A stretch of DNA of 24,990 nucleotides from Patescibacteria group bacterium (GTDB taxonomy: Bacteria > Patescibacteriota > Minisyncoccia > JAHIHE01), in NCBI GenBank assembly GCA_018899995.1, contig JAHIHE010000004.1:1-24990 (forward strand). The letters run 5' to 3'. The notes beneath the pieces are model-generated. The model had not been told where the DNA came from. It searched no databases and saw only the letters and a list, made by a program, of their open reading frames with translations. The position numbers were made by a program, and so were the translations under genes. Position 1 is the stretch's first letter. Each line of letters opens with the position of its first letter. Positions 1-7,068 of this stretch are shown here, one piece after another.

Positions 1-8
1 AGCATCAA

Positions 9-61
9 ATCATCTAAAATGACACCAAGAGGCTCATTGATACATCATCTAAAATGACACC
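9..61 (+). repeat. Two identical 18-bp subterminal direct repeats (putative transposase-binding sites)
   Basis: ATCATCTAAAATGACACC at 9-26 and 44-61 (35-bp period). Degenerate inverted copies at 1335-1352 and 1372-1390. Confidence 0.8.
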
Positions 62-108
62 GAAATTTATGGTAGAATATAGGGTTAATTCTTAACCCCA
101 TACAAGCC

Positions 109-1389
109 ATGAATACAGAAGCCAGAAAACAATATATGGATACCTTAAGAGAAAGATATTTTAAAGGAATCAAAAAAGAAAAAGGAGAAATTCTAAATGA
201 GTATTGCAGAAATACAAAACAAGACAGAAAATATGCCATCAAAAAATTCAACTACAAGATAAAACCTAAAAGCAAAGAAGATAGAAAAAACAGAGCTTGT
301 TTTTATGATGGCAATGTTATCGTCGTTTTAGTTGAGATTTGGAAAATATTTGATTATCCTTGCGGACAAACCCCGTTAGAAATGCAATTTCTAACGGGGC
401 AAAGATTGGAAGAAATTTTAGGCGTGGAAGTTGAAAATTTGCGAGCGTGGAAAGAAATCGTTTGCTCGGATGAAATTGCGGAGAAATTAAAGAAAATGAA
501 ATCCGCCACCATTGATCGCCGGCTCAATCACGAAAAAGAAGTTTTAAAATTAAAAGAAAAGTATCGCAAGAAAAGTTCTTTTCTGCTTTCCACTATTCCG
601 GTTAAAACCAGCGCTGATTTTGATAGAAATATCGTTGGCAACGAACAAGTTGATTTTGTGGAAAGTTGCGGCGCTTCCGCTTCTGGAGAATATGTCAATA
701 ATCTGTCTATTTGCGATATTTTCAGCTCTTGGTGGGAAGGCGAAGCCATAATGGGAAAAGGCCAGCAAAGAGCGCTTTCAGGACTGGATAATTGCCGGAA
801 AAGAACTCCTTTTCCTTGGCGCGAATTTCATCCGGATAACGGAACTAATCTTTTGAATTTTGCGGTTTACGCTTACGCGGAAAAAGAAAGATTAAAGTTT
901 TCTCGCTCTCGGCCATATCATAAAAATGACAATTGTTTCATTGAACAAAAAAACTCTACGCACATCCGGCAAGTAATCGGGTATCTGCGGTATGACACAC
1001 AAGAAGAGTTGGATTGTCTGAATGATCTATACCGAAATGAATTAAGGTTGTACAAGAATTTTTTTCAGCCGGTGATTAAATTGAAAAACAAAGAAAGAAC
1101 AGGCGGACATATTAAGAGAAAATACGACCGGGCAAAAACTCCTTACCGCCGATTGATTGAATCCAATCAAATATCCGCCAAAGAAAAAGAAGCGCTGACG
1201 GCAATTTATCAATCGCTTAATCCGGCAGAATTAAAAAGAACGATTGATAAAAAACTGGATAATCTTTACAAAATTTATCAGAAGAAAAAAGGTCAAGAAA
1301 ATATCAATTTAACTAACAAATTAAATCCTTCTTTAGTATCATTTTCCAGGATAGCTCAAAAAGAGGTTTTGGGTGTCATGATTAAATGA
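109..1389 (+). CDS. DDE (integrase core, rve-like) transposase
   Basis: 426 aa. Acidic triad candidates in QVDFVESCG, HPDNGTN and FIEQKN; family motifs SATIDRRL and FSRSRPYHKNDN; N-terminal KKEKGEILNEYC helix. Confidence 0.85.
   Translation: MNTEARKQYMDTLRERYFKGIKKEKGEILNEYCRNTKQDRKYAIKKFNYKIKPKSKEDRKNRACFYDGNVIVVLVEIWKIFDYPCGQTPLEMQFLTGQRLEEILGVEVENLRAWKEIVCSDEIAEKLKKMKSATIDRRLNHEKEVLKLKEKYRKKSSFLLSTIPVKTSADFDRNIVGNEQVDFVESCGASASGEYVNNLSICDIFSSWWEGEAIMGKGQQRALSGLDNCRKRTPFPWREFHPDNGTNLLNFAVYAYAEKERLKFSRSRPYHKNDNCFIEQKNSTHIRQVIGYLRYDTQEELDCLNDLYRNELRLYKNFFQPVIKLKNKERTGGHIKRKYDRAKTPYRRLIESNQISAKEKEALTAIYQSLNPAELKRTIDKKLDNLYKIYQKKKGQENINLTNKLNPSLVSFSRIAQKEVLGVMIK
367..403. repeat. 29-bp perfect palindrome flanked by CAAA direct repeats, in frame inside the transposase
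   Basis: CAAA(367-370)-CCCCGTTAGAAAT-GCA-ATTTCTAACGGGG(371-399)-CAAA(400-403); 13-bp perfect stem. Confidence 0.9.
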
Positions 1390-1435
1390 TTTGACACGAC
1401 CCGTAATAATTCGGAAAAAAAGTTCGGGTATCATT

Positions 1436-1472
1436 CTTACAAACTTGAGAATATAAGGATATCGTGTATAAT
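1436..1472 (+). promoter_or_regulatory. Sigma70-type promoter overlapping a 22-bp operator-like repeat
   Basis: TTGAGA 1445-1450, 16-bp spacer, TATAAT 1467-1472. The repeat CTTACAAACTTGAGAATATAAG (1436-1457) covers the -35 box. Confidence 0.6.
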
Positions 1473-1478
1473 GTAGAT

Positions 1479-1763
1479 ATGGGAAAAATAAAAACGGCAA
1501 AACAAATGGAACGGCACCTCAAAGGGATGGCGAATCACTACCGCATTGAGATATTGCTTCTGGTTGCGGCGCGTGAAACAATAACCCTTGAAGGCATCGT
1601 AGAGGCGCTCAGAGCAAACGAGAAAACCATCGGCGAACACACAAGGCGGTTATATCAGGCGGGACTTATCAACAAAAAATACCGCGGCAAATTCGTGGAG
1701 CATACTTTATCGCCGTACGGGAAAATATTTGTCGGTTTCCTGAAATCATTTCAACGCACATGA
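1479..1763 (+). CDS. ArsR/SmtB-like winged-helix transcriptional regulator
   Basis: ANHYRIEILLL...EKTIGEHTRRLYQAGLI wHTH pattern. ATG 1479 is preferred because the GTG at 1464 lies inside the promoter. Confidence 0.75.
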   Translation: MGKIKTAKQMERHLKGMANHYRIEILLLVAARETITLEGIVEALRANEKTIGEHTRRLYQAGLINKKYRGKFVEHTLSPYGKIFVGFLKSFQRT

Positions 1764-1770
1764 CAACATC

Positions 1771-1792
1771 CTTACAAACTTAAGAATGTAAG
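1771..1792. repeat. Second copy of the 22-bp operator-like repeat, downstream of the ArsR gene
   Basis: CTTACAAACTTAAGAATGTAAG; 20/22 identical to 1436-1457; CTTAC-N12-GTAAG dyad. Confidence 0.75.
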
Positions 1793-1814
1793 TATGTTTG
1801 TAGAATAAAATTTC

Positions 1815-2304
1815 ATGCGCTTCATGCAAATCAACAACTTTTTCAAATTGGTGGTTGTGTTGGTTTTATATTCCATTTGGCAACTGTCGGCTAACGCGCC
1901 GGAGCGGGTAAAATTGTATTATTACAATCCCGAACTGGACAGAGACGAGTCGGACAATATTGCCTGCGGCAGAAAAGGGCTGGCGCCGGTTGAGAAAAAA
2001 ATTCCAATAACCAATACACCGATTCAAGACGCAATCAATCTTTTACTGAAGGGGAAAGAAAACCTGACTCAAACCGATAAAACTCAAGGAATTACCACCG
2101 AATATCCTTTGGAAGGGCTTGCGCTGAAAAAGAGCCTCGTTAAAAGATGGAGTTTTAACGCTTGAATTTGATGACCCCAAAAATAAAACCGTTGGCGGTT
2201 CCTGCCGGGTGGGCATTCTCTGGTTTCAGATTGAAGCAACAGCAAAACAATTTTCCGAAGTCCAGCAAGTCCGTTTCCTGCCGGAAGATATTTTTCAGCC
2301 GTAA
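1815..2304 (+). pseudogene. GerMN-domain protein split by a frameshift
   Basis: First frame (1815-2165) gives VKLYYYN...GITTEYPLEG. After the A5 run at 2127-2131 another frame gives RASLKDGVLTLEFDDPKNKTVGGSCRVGILWFQIEATAKQFSEVQQVRFLPEDIFQP-stop (2302-2304), a typical CPR GerMN C-terminus. Confidence 0.75.
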
Positions 2305-2361
2305 GCTACTTACTTGAACCCTTTCTGGGTTCTTTTTTTATCCGTCTTCACAGAAGATTAT

Positions 2362-2421
2362 TGTTATAATGCTACAAAGTATCATAGCAGTTATACTATG
2401 ATTCTTGGAAGAATCATAGTA
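2362..2421 (+). promoter_or_regulatory. Extended -10 promoter followed by a 28-bp palindrome upstream of serS
   Basis: TG-T-TATAAT 2362-2370. TACTATGATTCTT-GG-AAGAATCATAGTA at 2394-2421 has perfect 13-bp arms. Confidence 0.5.
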
Positions 2422-2525
2422 AGGGCAAATTTTTTGCCCTTACTTTATTTTGACACAATAATTTATTGTTGCTACCATTTAAATATATATCTTAATTATT
2501 ATACATAATACTTAATACCGAACCC

Positions 2526-3848
2526 ATGCTTGACATAAAATTCATCAGAGAAAGCCAAAAAGAGCTTAAAAAAGCCATTAAAAACAAAGGCATTGATTTG
2601 GATTTGGATAAACTTTTGGCGGTGGACGATAAACGAGTCGGCCTTCTTCGGGAAATTGAGAAGCTGAATGCAGAGAAAAATAACATTAACAATTTAATCA
2701 GAAGTGCTAAAACCGAAAAAGAGCGAAAAAAAATTATAGAAGATGGTAGAAAAATTAAAAATAAAATTGAAACGATCGAACCGAAATTTAAGAAAATCCA
2801 GCAGGAATTTGACTTGTTGATGGCAAAAGTTCCGATTATTCCTTCGCCGGATACGCCGATTGGAAAAAACGAGGCGGACAACGCGGAAATTTATCGCTGG
2901 GGCGAAAAACCAAAACTTGCTTTCAGTCCCAAAGACCATATTGAATTGGGAAAACAGCTTGATATTTTGGATATGGAGCGCGGCAAAAAAGTCGCCGGCT
3001 ACCGCGGATATTATCTTAAAAACGAAGGCGCGCAACTGGTAATGGCGATGATGATGTACGCTTTCAATAAAATGGTCAAACGCGGCTACATCCCGATGAT
3101 TCCGCCGACGCTTGTAAAAGGATTCTCTCTTTTCGGAACGGGATATTTCAAAGGTCTAAAATACGACGACAAAGTTGACGAACTTTACCAGATAGCGGGT
3201 TCTGACAAAGAGGCCGGCGGAGCAATCAGTAAAGAAAAAAAATTTTTAGTGGGCACGGCAGAGCCGTCCTTGCTCGCTTATTACGCAGGAGAGGTTTTAA
3301 AAGAGGAAAACCTGCCGCTTAAAATTTCCGGATACAGCCAGTGCTACCGGAGCGAAATAGGAAGTTACGGAAAAGACACCAAGGGCATATACCGCGTGCA
3401 CGAATTTATGAAAATTGAACAGGTGATAATTTGCAAAGCGGACATCAAAGAAGCGGAAAAATTGCAGGAAGAAATGCTTGGAATTTCCAAAGAAATTTTG
3501 GAGGAACTGGGTTTGCTTTATCGTCAGATAATAATCTGCGCCGGAGATTTAAGCCCGGGGAAATACCGGCAGTACGATCTTGAAGTGTATTCGGCCGCGA
3601 ATGATTGGTATCGCGAATGCGGCTCGGCAAGCATTTTTTTGGATTGGCAGGCGCGCCGGCTTAATGTGAAATATGCCGATAAAGAAGGCAAGAAAAAATA
3701 TGTTTATATGCTCAATAACACCGGCTTGGCCTCGCCGCGGATTTTAATCGCAATTTTGGAAAATTACCAGCAGGCGGACGGCTCGGTGAAAATCCCGAAG
3801 GTTTTGCGGGAATATATGGGAAAGGATATAATAAGACCGAGAAAATAA
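2526..3848 (+). CDS. serS: Seryl-tRNA synthetase
   Basis: MLDIKFIRE start, N-terminal coiled coil, GTAEP, motif 2 YRSEIGSYGKDTKGIYRVHEFMKIEQ, DWQARRL, motif 3 NNTGLASPRILIAILENYQQADGSV. Confidence 0.97.
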   Translation: MLDIKFIRESQKELKKAIKNKGIDLDLDKLLAVDDKRVGLLREIEKLNAEKNNINNLIRSAKTEKERKKIIEDGRKIKNKIETIEPKFKKIQQEFDLLMAKVPIIPSPDTPIGKNEADNAEIYRWGEKPKLAFSPKDHIELGKQLDILDMERGKKVAGYRGYYLKNEGAQLVMAMMMYAFNKMVKRGYIPMIPPTLVKGFSLFGTGYFKGLKYDDKVDELYQIAGSDKEAGGAISKEKKFLVGTAEPSLLAYYAGEVLKEENLPLKISGYSQCYRSEIGSYGKDTKGIYRVHEFMKIEQVIICKADIKEAEKLQEEMLGISKEILEELGLLYRQIIICAGDLSPGKYRQYDLEVYSAANDWYRECGSASIFLDWQARRLNVKYADKEGKKKYVYMLNNTGLASPRILIAILENYQQADGSVKIPKVLREYMGKDIIRPRK

Positions 3849-3885
3849 GACCCTTAAATTCTTAATAAACAACAATCTTCCAAAT

Positions 3886-4455
3886 ATGGAACAATTCGAA
3901 ACTTTTTTAAAAAATTACGGAAATGGTCTTTTCTGGATTCTAATACTGATAATTTTTGATGGATTATTCTTAAAGCGGCTGGTGAAGCGGCTAGTTAGGC
4001 TGATTATCAAATTTGATTATAGGAAAAGTGGCGCAAAAGAAAAACTGGAGGCGAAAATGAGAACGCTTGGCGGCGTAGTAGTCAATATGGGGAATATGTT
4101 GGTTTTATTTGCCATTATTTTGATTTTACTGCGGATATTCAAAGTTGACACGGGACCGGTTTTGGCAGGAGCCGGCATTATTGGATTGGTTATAGGATTT
4201 GGAACCCAATCGTTAATCAAGGACTTCGTGTCGGGACTTTTTATTTTAATAGAGAATCAATATAATGTCGGCGATCGGGTGAAAATCGGGACATTTGAGG
4301 GCGAGGTTAAAAAAATCACAATTCGTTCCACGATTTTAGAAGATAATGAAGGCAGGATTATCTACCTTCCCAATGGGACAATTACTACTGTCATAAATTA
4401 TTCGCAAGGAAAAACGGATCAGTCGGTCGTCCCCAAGCAGTTTCAATCAAAGTAG
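3886..4455 (+). CDS. Small-conductance mechanosensitive channel (MscS family, short form)
   Basis: LAGAGIIGLVIGFGTQSLIKDFVSGLFILIENQYNVGDRVKIG...GEVKKITIRSTIL...IYLPNG. Confidence 0.9.
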   Translation: MEQFETFLKNYGNGLFWILILIIFDGLFLKRLVKRLVRLIIKFDYRKSGAKEKLEAKMRTLGGVVVNMGNMLVLFAIILILLRIFKVDTGPVLAGAGIIGLVIGFGTQSLIKDFVSGLFILIENQYNVGDRVKIGTFEGEVKKITIRSTILEDNEGRIIYLPNGTITTVINYSQGKTDQSVVPKQFQSK

Positions 4456-4502
4456 ATGGTTTGGCGTTTTTGAAATCTAAAATCAATTTATAATTGATCA
4501 TA

Positions 4503-5483
4503 ATGATTTGGTTTTATGTCCTAATTTTTATAATCTCTTGCGTTTTACTTTATTTTGCCGGAGAATTTTTAGTTAAAGGACTTACGCGAATAGCCAAGTT
4601 CTTAGGTTGGAAAGAATTCGTAGTCGCGTTTCTGCTAATAGCTTTTGCAAGCTCATTGCCAAATCTCTCGCTTGGAGTTTCCTCGGCTTTGCATGGAGTT
4701 CCTCAGCTTTCTTTCGGCGATGTTTTGGGAAACAATATGATAGCTATGACTTTGGCCGTAGGTTTGGCGGCTTTCTTTTCCAGAGACGGAATCACAGGCA
4801 ACAGTCAAACGATTCAAACAACAGCGGTTTTCGTTTTAGTCTCCGCGATTCTGCCTTTGCTTTTAGTGGCGGATGGAATCCTTTCAAGGATTGACGGCGT
4901 TTTACTCATCTCTTTTTTTGGTTGTTATCTTTATTGGCTTTTTTCAAAAAAAGAAAGATTTTCACGAGTTTACAACAATGAGCGCGATACTCAACTTCAT
5001 TTTGGGATTTCAAACTTCTTTAAAGACATAAGCAGAGTATTACTTGGAGTAATTTTTGTAATAATCGCGGCTGAGGGAATTGTAAGATCGTCTGCTTTTT
5101 TTGCCTCCACTTTTAATTTGCCGCTGGTTTTAATCGGAATTTTTGTTACCGGAGCGGGAAACGCTTTGCCGGAGATATATTTTAGCATAGTTTTAGCCAA
5201 AAGGGGGCACAATTGGATGATTTTAGGCGGATTGATGGGCGCCGTTATAATACCCGCTACTTTGGTTTTAGGAATAGTTTCTTTGATACATCCAATTGAA
5301 ATTGCCAATTTTTCATACGGAATTATCGCAAGATTATTTTTAATTATCGCGTCTTTGTTCTTCTTTTTCTCGGTGTTAACTGGCAAAAAAATCACGAGGA
5401 AAGAAGCTCTGGTTTTGTTGGGAATTTATATTGTTTTTATCTTAACTGAAATCGCCATGGGGATATATGAGAATATTAAATAG
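4503..5483 (+). CDS. Sodium/calcium exchanger family (CaCA, YrbG-like) antiporter
   Basis: Two alpha repeats (AFASSLPN...GDVLGNNM and GAGNALPE...GGLMGAVI) and about 10 hydrophobic segments. Alternative TTG start at 4494. Confidence 0.88.
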   Translation: MIWFYVLIFIISCVLLYFAGEFLVKGLTRIAKFLGWKEFVVAFLLIAFASSLPNLSLGVSSALHGVPQLSFGDVLGNNMIAMTLAVGLAAFFSRDGITGNSQTIQTTAVFVLVSAILPLLLVADGILSRIDGVLLISFFGCYLYWLFSKKERFSRVYNNERDTQLHFGISNFFKDISRVLLGVIFVIIAAEGIVRSSAFFASTFNLPLVLIGIFVTGAGNALPEIYFSIVLAKRGHNWMILGGLMGAVIIPATLVLGIVSLIHPIEIANFSYGIIARLFLIIASLFFFFSVLTGKKITRKEALVLLGIYIVFILTEIAMGIYENIK

Positions 5484-5543
5484 CGCTTAAGCGGGAAAGG
5501 CGATAAAGCGAAAAGAGATGGTTCCAGTTGATTTGATAAATTT

Positions 5544-5578
5544 ATTAGAAATTAGAAATTAGAAATTAGAAATTATAA
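5544..5578. repeat. Heptamer tandem repeat (ATTAGAA)x4 plus one imperfect unit
   Basis: Units start at 5544, 5551, 5558 and 5565; ATTATAA at 5572; ends 2 bp before ATG 5581. Confidence 0.9.
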
Positions 5579-5580
5579 TT

Positions 5581-6915
5581 ATGCGCTTTATCTGCGATTT
5601 CCACATTCACTCCAAATACTCGCGGGCTACCAGCCGGCAGATGGAGCCGGAAACGCTTGCTTATTGGGCCGCCATCAAGGGAATAAATGTTTTAGGCGCC
5701 GGCGATTTTACTCACCCAGCGTGGGTGAAAGAGCTGAAGGAAAAACTGGAGCCGGCGGAAAAAGGGCTTTACAAATTAAAAGACCCGAATTTTAAGCCGA
5801 AAGAAAATTCCGAGTTTGGCGTTTCGCGCCAATCGCTGGAAAAGGCGCGGTTTGTTTTAACCGCGGAAATATCCAGCATTTATTCCAAAGCCGGAAAAGT
5901 CAGGCGCGCGCATAATGTTATTTTCGCGCCCGATTTTGAAACGGTTGAAAAAATTAATTCAAAATTGGAGCAAATCGGAAATTTAAAATCCGACGGACGG
6001 CCGATTTTGGGCCTTGACGCAAAAGAACTTTTAAAAATCATTTTGAGCGTTTCTCCGGCTGCGGTGATGGTTCCGGCTCACGCCTGGACGCCATGGTTCT
6101 CCGTTTTCGGCTCAAAATCCGGCTTTGATTCTTTGGAGGAATGTTTTGACGATTACGCTAAATACATTTTCGCGATAGAAACGGGATTATCAAGCGACCC
6201 GGGGATGAACTGGCGGCTTTCGGCCCTTGACAAAATAACCTTGATTTCCAATTCGGACGCGCATTCTCCGGCAAACCTCGGCCGCGAAGCCAATGTTTTT
6301 GAGGGAGAAAGCATTGATTATTATTCAATAATGAGCGCGCTGAAAAACAAGGGACATTCGGACACAACCAAAACAGCGCCTTTGAAATTTTCGTACACCA
6401 TAGAATTTTTTCCCGAAGAAGGAAAATATCATTACGACGGACACCGGCTTTGCAATGTTTCAATGGGTCCCGAAGAAACAAAAAAAGCGAAAGGAGTTTG
6501 TCCGGTGTGCCGAAAGCCGCTGACTATCGGAGTGATGTACAGGGTTGAAGAACTGGCTGACCGGCCTGTTGGCGGAAAGCCGGAGCGGGTAATTCCTTAC
6601 AAAAACCTGATTCCTTTGGAAGAAATTATCGCCGACGCGCTGGGGCTGGGAAAAATTTCCAAAGCGACAAGAGCGGAATACGTCAAACTGATTTGCGCTC
6701 TTGGAAGCGAGTTCAATATTTTGCTTGACGCGCCGATTGAAGAAATCGCCAAGCATAGCGAGCCGATTATCGCCGAAGGTGTAAAAAGGACGCGAGAGCA
6801 AAAAGCAAAAGTAGTTCCGGGCTTTGACGGCGAATACGGAAAAATTAAAATTTTTGAAGAAAGCGAGAGGGAAAAATTCAAGGAAGAAAAAAAAGAACGC
6901 CAAAAATTGTTTTAG
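5581..6915 (+). CDS. Endonuclease Q-like PHP-domain protein (homologous to the PHP domain found N-terminal to some UvrD/REP helicases)
   Basis: DFHIHSKYSRATS, GAGDFTHP, PAHAWTPW, IETGLSSD, SNSDAHS, GKYHYDGHRLC...CPVC zinc finger, PGFDGEYG. Confidence 0.85.
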   Translation: MRFICDFHIHSKYSRATSRQMEPETLAYWAAIKGINVLGAGDFTHPAWVKELKEKLEPAEKGLYKLKDPNFKPKENSEFGVSRQSLEKARFVLTAEISSIYSKAGKVRRAHNVIFAPDFETVEKINSKLEQIGNLKSDGRPILGLDAKELLKIILSVSPAAVMVPAHAWTPWFSVFGSKSGFDSLEECFDDYAKYIFAIETGLSSDPGMNWRLSALDKITLISNSDAHSPANLGREANVFEGESIDYYSIMSALKNKGHSDTTKTAPLKFSYTIEFFPEEGKYHYDGHRLCNVSMGPEETKKAKGVCPVCRKPLTIGVMYRVEELADRPVGGKPERVIPYKNLIPLEEIIADALGLGKISKATRAEYVKLICALGSEFNILLDAPIEEIAKHSEPIIAEGVKRTREQKAKVVPGFDGEYGKIKIFEESEREKFKEEKKERQKLF

Positions 6916-6922
6916 AAAGTTT

Positions 6923-7060
6923 GCCCTCATAGCTCAATGGATAGACCTGCCCGCCATTTGCCCTTAACCTTTTTTGAAGCTTTATCTGTGTTTAATTAGC
7001 TAAAATACGGAAATTCTAAAATAGAACGATAAGGCTTTGGCAGGCGGGGCAAGTCCCTTC
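6923..7060 (+). pseudogene. 5' half of a tRNA (Arg-like) interrupted by a 103-bp insert and truncated at the anticodon loop
   Basis: GCCCTCATAGCTCAATGGATAGA (6923-6945), insert 6946-7048, then GCAAGTCCCTTC (7049-7060). No T-arm or 3' acceptor strand follows. Confidence 0.6.
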
Positions 7061-7068
7061 AAATTAGT

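Larger units (their letters stand above)
1..1396 (+). mobile_element. Insertion sequence with rve/DDE transposase (IS481/IS1202-like); left tip may lie at or just outside the window start
   Basis: Transposase ORF bracketed by an imperfect inverted repeat: 5-26 TCAAATCATCTAAAATGACACC vs 1372-1394 GGTGTCATGATTAAATGATTTGA. The right end continues to ...ACA at 1396. No target-site duplication can be assessed. Confidence 0.75.

Noticed and set aside
7049-7066. Opal-suppressor or recoding tRNA (possible TCA anticodon)
   Set aside because: No complementary anticodon-stem strand, T-arm or acceptor 3' strand. TGA is used as a normal stop in several genes (e.g. 1389, 1763, 16795).
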